Translations under genes and position numbers: made by a program
Notes under the pieces: generated by a model
What the model was told of the DNA's origin: nothing
Seen by the model: the letters and a program-made list of their open reading frames with translations, nothing else
Databases searched by the model: none
IMG/VR virus record: IMGVR_UViG_3300028393_000001
Location: 1 to 64,000 of that record
Strand: one strand, 5' to 3'
DNA from: a virus
DNA length: 64,000 nt
Part shown: piece by piece, positions 19,470-29,769 of the stretch
How positions within the stretch are numbered: the stretch's first letter is position 1
Layout of the letters: every line of letters starts with the position of its first letter

Positions 19470-21055
19470 AGTGCCTGTGCCCTTAGTTGATTACCTACCC
19501 TTGTTGCAGCAATTTCTCTGATTGACTGCGATATTAGCAGTTTAGGGTCTCGTGTTTTTGGTGAACCCTGCTTAAATCCTGGTTCAAATGTTTGATAAGG
19601 ATTTTTCATATAGCTATAAAAAGCTGTAATCATTCCTTGTCTACTCTGACTCATTGACTCTACTTTTGCAGATTCTGCAAATCTACCTGTACGATAGTTT
19701 AGAATTCTTTTTTCAGTACCACTACCCATATTAGCAGATATTACATTTTGTAAGTGTTGATTTATAAGAGACTGTAGAGAAGTTAATGATCTAGATGTAT
19801 TAACAGACTTTATACCTGGTACAATTGCTTTTCCAGATAACTTATTTTGTTTATCTATTTCTGTTTTAGCTTTTTGTAAAGCGGAAGATACTTTTTTAAA
19901 TGTCTTATTAACTTCTTCTACTTGTTTATCCTTACTAGATTTTTTATTAGATTTAGTTACTTTAGTAACTACTACTGGTAAAGTCTTACCAGTTTTAAGT
20001 ATATTTCTAATATTTAACTCTACAGATTCTAGTAAAGAGGGTGACCCTTTTGTATTAATTAAACTATTAGCTAAAACATTTAGTGATCTTGCATCAGCAG
20101 TTATTAAATTAGCTAATTCTTTACCTGAAGGTAACTTTTCAAGTTCTGCAGCTTTTGCTATTACTAAATCTGTTAACGGTTTTAAACTAATTACTAAATT
20201 TCTAAATACATTAGTAGCATCTAGATCGCCTTTTTGTTTACTGGCTATAGTATTTATTAAATTAGTTAACTGTGTGCCTGCAGCTGATAATCTTCTACCA
20301 GCTAATTCGTTATCTTTAGTATACTGTAACTCAACCTCAAGATGGGGTCTATTCCCTAATACAGACTTTGTTGCTTTTGCAAAAATATGTTCTTTATTAA
20401 CTATATTGCTAGTTAAGTAATCTGCATCTAAGATTACTTTCATTATTTTTTCTAAGGTATTTACGGACTCTTTATTAATCCCATCCCCTAAGTTTAATTT
20501 AAAGTCCCTGTACCCTTCGCCAGTACTAGTAGTATCAAGAAATAGCGCTTGTTTAAGTCTTAGCGTAAATACCCCTGCTAAGTGCCCGGATTGTACATTT
20601 TCACTTATATGATTGAATACTTTAATTTCATCCTTAGTACTTAGATGTAAATTTACTAACATAATTTCAATATAGTCTAAAAATAACTTACGTAAAGTAT
20701 TTTGAGGCACTGAAGATAGTTTAAACTCTTCTGCATTTACTTCTTTTAATTTTTTATAATAATCTGATGTTTCTATAAAGTATATAAACTGGGTAAAATC
20801 AATAGACTTTAATAAAGTTTCAGTAGCTACTTTAATAGTATCATCTTCAATAGAATCATTTAACTGTGTAATTAAAGTATTTAAAGAGGATTCTGTAATT
20901 ATAGATGAGGCACCTGTTTTAGCTGCTTCATACTTTGCGCGAAGACTATCTGAATCTACTAACTTAGAATATTCTATTTTTCCTTTACTAGATAATCTAT
21001 TAAACTTATTAAATATTCTATTTTGTAGTGTTATATCAAATTCAGCAATACTCAT
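19466..21055 (-). CDS. Tail completion protein (T5 p143-like C-terminus, long N-terminal extension)
   Basis: C-terminal LNYRTGRFAES...YSYMKNPYQTFEP...RDPKLLI..SIREIA. Synteny fits. Confidence 0.7.
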   Translation of the reverse strand: MSIAEFDITLQNRIFNKFNRLSSKGKIEYSKLVDSDSLRAKYEAAKTGASSIITESSLNTLITQLNDSIEDDTIKVATETLLKSIDFTQFIYFIETSDYYKKLKEVNAEEFKLSSVPQNTLRKLFLDYIEIMLVNLHLSTKDEIKVFNHISENVQSGHLAGVFTLRLKQALFLDTTSTGEGYRDFKLNLGDGINKESVNTLEKIMKVILDADYLTSNIVNKEHIFAKATKSVLGNRPHLEVELQYTKDNELAGRRLSAAGTQLTNLINTIASKQKGDLDATNVFRNLVISLKPLTDLVIAKAAELEKLPSGKELANLITADARSLNVLANSLINTKGSPSLLESVELNIRNILKTGKTLPVVVTKVTKSNKKSSKDKQVEEVNKTFKKVSSALQKAKTEIDKQNKLSGKAIVPGIKSVNTSRSLTSLQSLINQHLQNVISANMGSGTEKRILNYRTGRFAESAKVESMSQSRQGMITAFYSYMKNPYQTFEPGFKQGSPKTRDPKLLISQSIREIAATRVGNQLRAQAL

Positions 21056-21057
21056 AA

Positions 21058-21627
21058 TTAATTTACCGTCAAGGCATACTGATCAAAAATACGTTGAATT
21101 GATGCAGGTAGCTTGCTATTTGTAATATACTCAATTTGACGATTATTGCCACCAGGGGCTGAGTTAGAGTGTACTGCACCTTCATGGCGCATATAGTATT
21201 GTATGAACTCTAGTACGCCTAACTTTAAACCTTCTGGGCACCCATCATTACCTGCTACATAAGTTAATTTATAACCTGCTGGTTGTAACGGAAATACTGA
21301 GTTAAAAACACATTTTACAACTTGTTCTTTTTGTACATAGATCCAGTCTGTGTACTGCGTTAAAGAAGTATACGTTAAACCATAATCTCCAGAATAACTA
21401 AGTGCCGAAACTGCTACTACAGGTCCACTTGAAGGGACTAATATTGAGTTTCCACCATCATAAATTTCTGCTATAGATTCTTGTGAATCTAGAAGGGGGT
21501 TTCTACAAAAAATTCTTACAGCTTCTGAGATTTTAGGTATTAAAAAATCTATTTGATTATCCTGTGTGGTACTAGATATACCCGCATAGGCTTTATATTC
21601 TGCTCTGGATACTAAATCATTAGCCAT
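21058..21627 (-). CDS. Head completion / head-tail connector protein
   Basis: LVS..EYK.YAGI motif, located directly after the capsid gene. Confidence 0.8.
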   Translation of the reverse strand: MANDLVSRAEYKAYAGISSTTQDNQIDFLIPKISEAVRIFCRNPLLDSQESIAEIYDGGNSILVPSSGPVVAVSALSYSGDYGLTYTSLTQYTDWIYVQKEQVVKCVFNSVFPLQPAGYKLTYVAGNDGCPEGLKLGVLEFIQYYMRHEGAVHSNSAPGGNNRQIEYITNSKLPASIQRIFDQYALTVN

Positions 21628-21672
21628 ATTCTTTCCTCTTGTCTTTTACATACTCCGACTAGCGAGGCATGT

Positions 21673-21699
21673 AAAAGACAGGACCGAAGTCCTGTCTTA
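21673..21699 (-). terminator. Terminator after the capsid gene
   Basis: AAGACAGGAC-TTCG-GTCCTGTCTT hairpin plus TTT on the minus strand. Confidence 0.75.
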
Positions 21700-21708
21700 C
21701 TTAACGAA

Positions 21709-23682
21709 TTAAGATACGTAACGAAGGGCTTTAACACCTTGGCTAGCTGTAATTTGTGCCATGCCGACACGCATTGAGGCTACTAGAACACGAGCTTGTT
21801 CAGCTGCTAATTCTTGAGTATCAACACGTAGACCACGCTGAGCACCAACTAAGAAGTTAGGTACATATACTGCAAATGCAGCAATGTTTGTTAACGCTGT
21901 AATTGCACCAGTTGCTCTAGCAGCAAGTTCACCGGTAGCAATAACTGGAGAACCAGCAATCATACCAACTTGACCAGTAATAACAGTAGCTAAAGGACCT
22001 ACTTTTTCCATTGTCATGAAAGTTGTATCTTCCATTAGCTCATAGTATGTATCATTGTTAACGATATAGGCTACGTCAGCTGGATCAATACCGTAGTTAC
22101 CTAGTTGAGCACGTAAACCACGTAGTTTAGCAATAGTTACAGCACCGTTAGCTACAGTTTGTAGAAGTGCAGGATTAGTACCTGATGAACCAGCACGGTT
22201 AGATAAACCACTGATCGGCACTGCTGAAGCATCACCAGTCAATAGTGCACCGTCAATTGCTTTAGCGCAACGACGAACCATAGCTTCACGAATCATAGGC
22301 ATTAGCACTAATAGGGAATCTTCTTCCTCTTCGTAACCAACGTACTCTTTTGTCGCTACTTTGTAAGCGTTTAAGGTAACTTCGTTTAACTTGTGAGCAA
22401 CTGCCGAACCACCAGAGCCTGTATCTAGTGAAGTACCACCGCTGAATGTTGTAACCCAGCTTGCTGATCCAACTTCTGGATTAACAGGGATACTCATTAC
22501 GTTAGTCTTCATTGCAATTTGACGGAACATTGGAGCTACTACTAGTTTACGACGTAGAGCTGCTTCCATTTGCAATTGAACTTCTAATTCCCATGGAGTT
22601 GTACCAGGAACGTGAGCAGCACTAGATTTCTCTAATAGTGTACGTCCATATGTAGTTTGGGAAAGAGACTTACCTAGAACTGAGGCTAAAAGAACTGCGT
22701 TCTCTTTTTCTTCGTAAGATACTGGATCTTGCTCAGATTTGTCTGCAAAAGTCATTTTAGACTTTTGCATAGCAGCGATTTCTGCTGACTTTTCTGCTAA
22801 GGCTGCTTGTAGGCTGCTTAGTACTTCTTTTGTTGTTTCTTGCTGTTCGTTGAAACGTTTTTCAACTTCAGCCATTAGGCGCTCAGCACCAGTATCAACT
22901 GTTTGTACAACTGGAGCTGCGGCTACTGCTGCGGCTACTGCTGACTTAACACGAGCTTCTAGTTCAGCTTCTTGAGCTGCCTTAGTTGCTTCTTGAGTGG
23001 CTTTAGCAGCGGCTTGATCTGCGAAAGCTTTAGTGGTTTGTTCAACCGCTGATTTAGCTGCATCTGCAACCATTTGTTTGATTTCTTCTGGATTCATTTT
23101 CCATTCCTTCTGTGATGTGCCGTCTGCTTCCTTAGAGGATTCTAGCCCTTTAGCTGACTCGCTTTCGGGTGCAAACTGCTGTTTAAATATTTTATACTCA
23201 TCGGCATCGTCAAATGCCTTAGACAAACTAAATAGAGTATTTTGGTTAGCAGGCACTGAAACTATTGATATTTCTACCAGTTCCAATTGCTTGATTACAA
23301 ATAACTCAGTTGCAGCATTATATTCAGCATCCATAACTCTGAATCCAACGCTAAACGCGGTTACTACCCCGTCTTTTACTAAATTGAAGATTTCTGCAGC
23401 AGCAGAAATTCTTGCCTTTACCCATAAACCTGTACTATCGACTCTATGCTGTACCATACGACCCACTGGATCATCATAGTCATGCTGTGCAAGAATAATA
23501 GGATTTTTCAAGTAGTTTTTAATTCCTGCTTCCCAAACGCTGGCAGGAACTACGTCCCCTTGTCTATCTATATCTGTGGTACTTGCATACCCTTCGATAT
23601 AAACTGAATCACTAGGTTCATTGGTTGCAGGAGCTGCTTTAGTAAAAGTACTATTAAGATATAATACTTTGTTCTTATTCAT
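21709..23682 (-). CDS. Prohead protease fused to HK97-fold major capsid protein
   Basis: N-terminal HK97-type protease (IEGYAST..DRQGD, NPIILAQH, FSVGF, ELVEISIVSVPAN), then a coiled-coil delta domain and a capsid domain in one frame. Confidence 0.9.
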   Translation of the reverse strand: MNKNKVLYLNSTFTKAAPATNEPSDSVYIEGYASTTDIDRQGDVVPASVWEAGIKNYLKNPIILAQHDYDDPVGRMVQHRVDSTGLWVKARISAAAEIFNLVKDGVVTAFSVGFRVMDAEYNAATELFVIKQLELVEISIVSVPANQNTLFSLSKAFDDADEYKIFKQQFAPESESAKGLESSKEADGTSQKEWKMNPEEIKQMVADAAKSAVEQTTKAFADQAAAKATQEATKAAQEAELEARVKSAVAAAVAAAPVVQTVDTGAERLMAEVEKRFNEQQETTKEVLSSLQAALAEKSAEIAAMQKSKMTFADKSEQDPVSYEEKENAVLLASVLGKSLSQTTYGRTLLEKSSAAHVPGTTPWELEVQLQMEAALRRKLVVAPMFRQIAMKTNVMSIPVNPEVGSASWVTTFSGGTSLDTGSGGSAVAHKLNEVTLNAYKVATKEYVGYEEEEDSLLVLMPMIREAMVRRCAKAIDGALLTGDASAVPISGLSNRAGSSGTNPALLQTVANGAVTIAKLRGLRAQLGNYGIDPADVAYIVNNDTYYELMEDTTFMTMEKVGPLATVITGQVGMIAGSPVIATGELAARATGAITALTNIAAFAVYVPNFLVGAQRGLRVDTQELAAEQARVLVASMRVGMAQITASQGVKALRYVS

Positions 23683-23693
23683 AAGACTCCTTT

Positions 23694-24884
23694 TTAAGTG
23701 CTCGTACTATCTTTAGTAGGAGCCCCACCTTGCGACGGATTGACAGCTGAGCCAGCAATATTTGCGGGAACTCTAATCTGATCTAAACCTGCAATTTTAT
23801 CATAGCGTAACTCATCACGTGCCTCATTGGGGGTTATGATTCCACCATTTACTAAGCTTGAGTGATAGGCTGCTATATCTTTTAGTTCGGGCTGTAGACT
23901 GGTAACATTTGAAGTTATTGCATCTATATCATACCCAAAATATCTTTCTAATGCCGATGTATATTTACGAATTACGGGCATTACTGTTTCTAAGTAAAAC
24001 ATTCGCAAATTTGGTGCTATATTAGCATTATTTCCACCATCTAGTAAGATAGGTGGCACGCCAATTGATTTTAATATTTTAGTGTCATGGGACTTAATTG
24101 AGGTATCAAAATCCATGTCTTGAAAACTAGTATTAAGTAAATTTGATGGCTTTAGACCGCTATCTAAAATCATAGGGCGACGAGCCCCATTTTTTGGATT
24201 GTATTTTGCGATCCAGTTTTGTATTGTTTTTTCTTTTGCCTGAGAACTAAGTGTATTATCACTAGTTAGTACAATACCTGGTATTGCACCGTTCTCAAAA
24301 AATGAGTCCTGAAAATTCTGCATTTTGTACATAATTTGCATAGACCTTGAGCTGGCTTCTAGTCTGCTAGCTCCACGATAAATAGATGTACTACTTAAAT
24401 CTTTAATGTGAATAATTTCTGAGGGCTTAAATTTTACTGTATTGTTATATGTATAACCTTGTATAAATGTCTTTTCATCAGGTTGAATTTGCACGTTAAC
24501 AGCGGGTAAATGATAGAGGTGTGCCCCATCATAGTACATAAAAATATTGCCGTCTAATACAAAGTCAGTAAATATATTTGTTCTGAATTCTTGTGCTGAT
24601 TGAAAAGGATTTGGGTTAAAGTTTAAGAGATTTAAGAGTGTTTTTTGTCTAAGTCCTGATTGTACATCAGAATTTAATTTATTCTTTACGTCGTAGTCTA
24701 AACTAGCACAAGCACTAACAAGCATATTAGTACCGCGATTTACTGACTCTAGTTTTTGAAAGGCAATCTTATGGCTGAAAGCAGCCACTGACCCAATATT
24801 TACGCCTTGTTCTCTACGAATTATTTCTTGAGCTGGATTTAGTTTTTCAACAATCCATGCTCCTACATTGTTATACCATGCCAT
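23694..24884 (-). CDS. Portal protein (HK97/T5 type)
   Basis: PNPFQSA.EF, FFENGAIPG, GVPPILLDGGNNANI and GIITPNEAR motifs. Confidence 0.93.
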   Translation of the reverse strand: MAWYNNVGAWIVEKLNPAQEIIRREQGVNIGSVAAFSHKIAFQKLESVNRGTNMLVSACASLDYDVKNKLNSDVQSGLRQKTLLNLLNFNPNPFQSAQEFRTNIFTDFVLDGNIFMYYDGAHLYHLPAVNVQIQPDEKTFIQGYTYNNTVKFKPSEIIHIKDLSSTSIYRGASRLEASSRSMQIMYKMQNFQDSFFENGAIPGIVLTSDNTLSSQAKEKTIQNWIAKYNPKNGARRPMILDSGLKPSNLLNTSFQDMDFDTSIKSHDTKILKSIGVPPILLDGGNNANIAPNLRMFYLETVMPVIRKYTSALERYFGYDIDAITSNVTSLQPELKDIAAYHSSLVNGGIITPNEARDELRYDKIAGLDQIRVPANIAGSAVNPSQGGAPTKDSTST

Positions 24885-24893
24885 TTTTATACC

Positions 24894-25325
24894 TTAGGTA
24901 AAGGCGCTAAAAAACGAGCCTGTAGTAACCTTAGTAGTGCTAGTTGTACCTTGAAATTTATCCCGTTGTATATCAACCCAACGTGCTTGACGTTGCACTG
25001 ATTTAGGATCAGGCGCTTTGCCGAATATCTTATGTAAATTGACGTGGTGTTTATTACACAAAGTCCGTACCAGATCATAAAGCTCTGTTCGGTGCTCTGC
25101 TATAAACTCGTCCCTTACAGCCAATATTCCTTCATCGGTAGAAATATCATACTTTTTTACTTTAGCCCATACATCTAGCAGAATTGTAATAGAGTGAAAG
25201 TGATGTAGCTCAAGATCTTCCCCAGTACCACAAATATAACAGTGGTCCTGTTTATCGTACGCTGCTTTAGCTTTATCTCTTACGTGTTTAACCGGAATTC
25301 GTTTATTACCAGTATTTTTTGCCAT
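24894..25325 (-). CDS. T5-like nicking HNH endonuclease
   Basis: CYICG..EDLELHH...TLC.KHH..LH. Same position (between portal and terL) as in T5. Confidence 0.8.
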   Translation of the reverse strand: MAKNTGNKRIPVKHVRDKAKAAYDKQDHCYICGTGEDLELHHFHSITILLDVWAKVKKYDISTDEGILAVRDEFIAEHRTELYDLVRTLCNKHHVNLHKIFGKAPDPKSVQRQARWVDIQRDKFQGTTSTTKVTTGSFFSAFT

Positions 25326-25356
25326 AATTTTTTCTACACACTATGTGAATGCTCCT

Positions 25357-25385
25357 ATTATATCACTACAGCACAAAGAAGTCAA
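25357..25385 (-). promoter_or_regulatory. sigma70-type promoter for the head operon
   Basis: TTGACT-N17-TATAAT on the minus strand. Confidence 0.75.
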
Positions 25386-25625
25386 CATATAAATTTTTTC
25401 TGCTATAATAACCAGTAGTTAGTTTATTGAATATAATCTTTTCACGTATTTAGAAGGCCTATTAGTACTACTTAATTTGCGGCTAATTTACTAAAGGCAT
25501 AGGGTGAGGCGTACTGAGTAGCGCAACTAGTATTAGCAAATATAAAGTTATCATAGGATAGCCCAACTACCCACATAGTACTACCTATATTTGTATCATA
25601 GTAGTTATAAGGTTTTTCCTTACTC

Positions 25626-26951
25626 TCACCCACCTGTTGTAAAAGTGTAGATAGCGTATCTGACAGCATCTGCACAGTGAGAGGCTATCTTATGCTCTGG
25701 CTTTTCCTTAGTTACGTTAGCCTTAGTATCCCACCTATATTGGTCAAACATATAAAGAATGTTCTCACAGTGTGGACTAACCTTAATTCTGTTCTGCTCT
25801 ACTAGCATCGCAACCAAGGCAATACCATCTAGTACGGACTTTTTAGCCTTTATAGTTGCAATATCGTGTGTGTAGGCTAAGTCTGCTGCAAACTGTGCAG
25901 CTGCAGAGTCAATAAAAATTGTTTCAATTTTCCACTTGTCAATCAACTCCTGCATCCGTTCCACATGACCCTCAGTTGTAGCTTGCGACTCCTGATACTC
26001 ATCTACAATGTGGTAGCTGTCCTGCACTGCTTTATATACTATAACTGCAAAAGCAGTAGGATCTTTATATCCTGGATCTAATCCAGCTATAACTTCATCG
26101 CCGTCCGTATACTCATAGTCTGCAACGTGAGTAATTGCATCAAACTGATAGATCTGTCCCTCAAAGGTCGAGAATGAAGCCATGTACTCCTGCTCAAACT
26201 CCGCTTTAGACATTACACTCTGTGCCTCTAGTACATCTGACTCTGACATACGTGAGTTTTCAGTATAGTCAGCGGTAATAGATGCCCACTCAGGAAACTT
26301 GTCTGAGAATCCACGATCATAGAATCTGGAGAACCAGTTGTTTTTACCACGAGGTGTAGAAATAAATATAGCCTTTGAGCCTGGTCTATCTAGGGTCGGT
26401 CGTAAGGCGACGTTAAACGCAGCCTCACCATCTCCTAGGGCGGCTTCGTCAAAGATGATTAGGTCATAGGAGCGACCAACGCATGAGTCAACAGTAGATA
26501 AACTACCCAGTCTGATAGTCGAGCCATTCTCTAACTCTAAGATTTTATCTTTTACGTTATCGCGTTCGACTTCTAGGTCAAATGCACGTATTAGTCTACG
26601 CTGTAGTTCAAATGAGATGCTGGAGAGTGTATAGTTAGGCGATATAATAAGGATATTACATCCAGGTACCAGCATTACTAGTTGCCCAATTACGTTAGCA
26701 ATGTAGGTTTTGCCTAATCTACGAGCTAAGGCAGCACAAATAAATCTGTACTTAGGATTATTTACTGCGTTAATAAGGGCAACCTGTGCTCTATTAACTT
26801 GATCCCATGCCGTAGTTGTAATACCAGTCTCTATATCATAGGCTGGTAGTAGCTTAAGATAGTTTATAATCGGTAGTTTAATAAACCTCCGAGCTGGATC
26901 AAACTCAGTTATAGCTTCAGAGTCAATATCTGGTCGTGAAATTTTAAGCAT
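25626..26951 (-). CDS. terL: Terminase large subunit
   Basis: Walker A ARRLGKT, Walker B LIIFDEAA, ISTPRG, and a nuclease domain with GLDPG and H..DA.RY. Confidence 0.95.
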   Translation of the reverse strand: MLKISRPDIDSEAITEFDPARRFIKLPIINYLKLLPAYDIETGITTTAWDQVNRAQVALINAVNNPKYRFICAALARRLGKTYIANVIGQLVMLVPGCNILIISPNYTLSSISFELQRRLIRAFDLEVERDNVKDKILELENGSTIRLGSLSTVDSCVGRSYDLIIFDEAALGDGEAAFNVALRPTLDRPGSKAIFISTPRGKNNWFSRFYDRGFSDKFPEWASITADYTENSRMSESDVLEAQSVMSKAEFEQEYMASFSTFEGQIYQFDAITHVADYEYTDGDEVIAGLDPGYKDPTAFAVIVYKAVQDSYHIVDEYQESQATTEGHVERMQELIDKWKIETIFIDSAAAQFAADLAYTHDIATIKAKKSVLDGIALVAMLVEQNRIKVSPHCENILYMFDQYRWDTKANVTKEKPEHKIASHCADAVRYAIYTFTTGG

Positions 26952-26981
26952 TTGTACCCATATAATTTGTAAACTCTTCTG

Positions 26982-27173
26982 TCATTGTACTACTAGGTGC
27001 CCACTAGCATATAGTAGGGCCATTACAGGACCTGCAATATGTTCTGCTATTTCATATAGGGCCCATACAGTTAGGGCAACGGCCCACCAAGGATTAGTCT
27101 CCGCCTTATGCCCTAGCCAAAGGAAAAACTTTCCATGTTGGCGACCAATGTAATTTGCAAATCTGACTATCAT
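26982..27173 (-). CDS. Small membrane protein
   Basis: 63 aa, hydrophobic, with a GGAG/AGGA RBS. Confidence 0.55.
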   Translation of the reverse strand: MIVRFANYIGRQHGKFFLWLGHKAETNPWWAVALTVWALYEIAEHIAGPVMALLYASGHLVVQ

Positions 27174-27181
27174 CCTATCTC

Positions 27182-27769
27182 CTAATCAATTATAAAACCT
27201 TTTCTTAGGTAATCTTTGGCAGCAACAAACTGCCCCAGTTCTGGTATTTCTTCATCTTCCCATACCGGTACTGCTCGAGTATTACCATACTTAAAATCTG
27301 GATTTAGGCGGAGATGTACTTCAATTACCTTTGAGTCAATAAACTCAATATTGAGGTAGGGAAACTTACGTAGTACTGAAAGCGTTAAAGGAATGGGATA
27401 TAAATCACTTACCTTTTCCCAGCGCAGGAAGCGGTATAGGGGAGCATTTAACGCCCTAAAACCTTCAACGGCTAATACGGGAACACCACATTCATAATCT
27501 ACGCTTATATGTCTGCCCCTAAACAATTCACACCAAAAGTACCCTAGGGGTAGGTAGTCTGTTGTATCTTGTATATAACGAATACTAGCACCTAAACCCA
27601 TTCCCTTGAGATTACTAATAGGTCTAACTACATACTCAGCCGGTTCGGGGACTGGAACTCCTGCAGGACCGCAACGATAGCCTAGTTGTCTAGAGAGTAT
27701 TAATTTATCAAATAGCCATAGGTCCTTAACCGCAGTGGATACCCATGCTTCTTCATCTGTTGTTATCAC
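27182..27769 (-). CDS. ATP-grasp-like hypothetical protein
   Basis: YVVRP..NL.GMG.G, E.F.G.HISVD, LNIEF and IEVHLR pattern recalls the ATP-grasp fold. Confidence 0.5.
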   Translation of the reverse strand: MITTDEEAWVSTAVKDLWLFDKLILSRQLGYRCGPAGVPVPEPAEYVVRPISNLKGMGLGASIRYIQDTTDYLPLGYFWCELFRGRHISVDYECGVPVLAVEGFRALNAPLYRFLRWEKVSDLYPIPLTLSVLRKFPYLNIEFIDSKVIEVHLRLNPDFKYGNTRAVPVWEDEEIPELGQFVAAKDYLRKGFIID

Positions 27770-27770
27770 C

Positions 27771-28475
27771 CTAACTCCAATAACGATTATCTAATTTGGA
27801 CCAGTAATCTGGATTATTTCTATTCCAGAAGTTTTTTAGTAAATAGGTAGCCATTCCTAGGTAACCCATCCGCTTAAACCTACGAGAATCTTGACCAAAG
27901 TGGTATTTTAGTAACCTAAACTTCTTAGGAGAATACTGACGGGATAAGAAGTAGTCTTCAGAAGTAGATAACCTCTCTGCAAATCCGCCAAACTCCCAGA
28001 AACGATCACGTCTGGTTAAAAAGAACGCTCCTACTGCAAAGGGTGCGCGATACTTTAGCACCCCATTTACTAAATTAAATAGGGTGAACCCTATTTGAGC
28101 TCGTAAGTCACCGTCATAGCAACGCGCTCGAAGACCAATTAAGTCTAAATCATATCTGGTAATAGTATTCACAGCATTTGTTATAACTGCAGAATCAAAA
28201 AAGCGTACATCTGCGTCGATGAATAGTAGGTAGGGAGTTGTGGCTAAGCGAGCAGCCCTATTCTTGGCTAAGGAGACCGGACCACCTTGTATAACTTCAA
28301 CATTCAAACCGGCTGAGTTATCCTTAATAACCTCACGCGTGCTATCCGTACTGCAGTCAGCAATAATAATCCTAGTTTTTCCAACCCCCTGCTGACGCAA
28401 TTCTGCAAGGAGGTGGCCAATATATAGTTCCTCATCTTTCGAGGGTATAATAATAGTAATTAAATCACTTAACAT
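27771..28475 (-). CDS. Glycosyltransferase family 2
   Basis: IIIP..DEE, IIAD.STD.T, LLFIDAD (DxD), GGF and ED motifs. Confidence 0.9.
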   Translation of the reverse strand: MLSDLITIIIPSKDEELYIGHLLAELRQQGVGKTRIIIADCSTDSTREVIKDNSAGLNVEVIQGGPVSLAKNRAARLATTPYLLFIDADVRFFDSAVITNAVNTITRYDLDLIGLRARCYDGDLRAQIGFTLFNLVNGVLKYRAPFAVGAFFLTRRDRFWEFGGFAERLSTSEDYFLSRQYSPKKFRLLKYHFGQDSRRFKRMGYLGMATYLLKNFWNRNNPDYWSKLDNRYWS

Positions 28476-29220
28476 CAGCTTCCTCTGTCCATGTAACTAT
28501 TTCCCAACGTCCATCGTAATGCTCAACTAGGGCAGTACACGACTCAACCCAGTCTCCATCATTCATGTACACTACACCATCAATCACTTTAATCTCTGCA
28601 TGATGTATATGACCACATATAACACCATCGTATCCACGTTTCTTGCAGTACTGAGCTAAGTTCTCCTCAAACTTGAAGATAAAGTCTACTGCACGCTTTA
28701 CTCTTGTTTTGAGATATTGACTAAGACTAAAGTACCCAAAACCAAAGCGACGACGTAACCAATTGTATTTTGAATTAAACGATAAAATAACATCATATGC
28801 TCTATCTCCTAAAAATGAAATCCACGGTGCTAAACGGGTAATCCCGTCGAATAAATCACCATGTGTTACTAAGTAGTGCTTACCATCAGCACCTATATGT
28901 TCTATTTGATTACAGATTTCCACTAAACCAAATGAGAACCCGTAGGGAATCATAGGTCTGAGGAACTCATCATGATTTCCAGCCACATATACGACACGAG
29001 TACCACGTTTAGCATGGCCTAGTACTCTACGGACTACATTAGTATGTGACTGCTTCCAACGCCACTTATTTTGTTGAATACGCCAGGCATCTATAATATC
29101 TCCTACTAGGTAGAGTGTGTCACAGGTGTTGTGCTTTAAGAAGTTGTTTAAGGCCTCTGCTTTACAATCACGTGTACCTAGGTGCACGTCTGATATAAAG
29201 ATCGAGCGGTAGGTGTTCAC
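28465..29220 (-). CDS. PlcP/LpxH2-type metallophosphoesterase (phospholipase C-like)
   Basis: SDVHLG, GDIID.W, GNHDEF, HGD.FD, CGHIHH and N.GDWVESCTALVEH motifs. It has GNHD rather than the GNRD of LpxH. Confidence 0.8.
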   Translation of the reverse strand: MNTYRSIFISDVHLGTRDCKAEALNNFLKHNTCDTLYLVGDIIDAWRIQQNKWRWKQSHTNVVRRVLGHAKRGTRVVYVAGNHDEFLRPMIPYGFSFGLVEICNQIEHIGADGKHYLVTHGDLFDGITRLAPWISFLGDRAYDVILSFNSKYNWLRRRFGFGYFSLSQYLKTRVKRAVDFIFKFEENLAQYCKKRGYDGVICGHIHHAEIKVIDGVVYMNDGDWVESCTALVEHYDGRWEIVTWTEEADVK

Positions 29221-29711
29221 AGAGGTTTTGCCTCAATGTTAACTAGTTGTTGAATAAGTCGACCATATCTAGTACCATCGCCTCCCTGACCTTCATTAAT
29301 CTGCACATTTACCTGCGACTTGATCTGAGAGTTCTTTACTTTTTCCAACTCAATCTGTCGATCAAGTTGCTCCATTGTCATCTTATGAGATAGCTGTAGT
29401 AATTCAGCAATGTCTTTATTAGAACCTACGTCCGCTTCCTCTAATTCCTGAAACTTTTTCTTGATTAGGGCATCCATCGCGGAGCGCATCTTAAAACGGT
29501 TGTTAAACCCAACATCAAAGAATACTTGATCTATGTAAGCCTTAACATCTCTGCGAGCAAGGGTCGTGGAGACCATGTGTACTGGAATATCCAATATATT
29601 GGCAACTTCGAGAATATCTTGATTCTGAAGATAGCAGTTTGCAACTTCAAGAGACTCAGGTGAGATTTCAAGAACCTCAGACGGTGTAGTGGTTGGTAAG
29701 TTTTTCATCAT
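29217..29711 (-). CDS. terS: Terminase small subunit (T5-like)
   Basis: ISPE.LEVA..YL N-terminal HTH, GFNNRF, S.KDIAELLQ..HKM and NVQIN pattern of T5-like TerS. Confidence 0.8.
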   Translation of the reverse strand: MMKNLPTTTPSEVLEISPESLEVANCYLQNQDILEVANILDIPVHMVSTTLARRDVKAYIDQVFFDVGFNNRFKMRSAMDALIKKKFQELEEADVGSNKDIAELLQLSHKMTMEQLDRQIELEKVKNSQIKSQVNVQINEGQGGDGTRYGRLIQQLVNIEAKPL

Positions 29712-29769
29712 TTTGTTCCTTGCCCGGATTATACCACCTTTTGGGGTTTAGGGTCAAGTTGTAAAATTT

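Noticed and set aside
28465-29220. Calling the phosphoesterase lpxH
   Set aside because: It has GNHD rather than the GNRD of LpxH, and a PlcP-type C-terminus.
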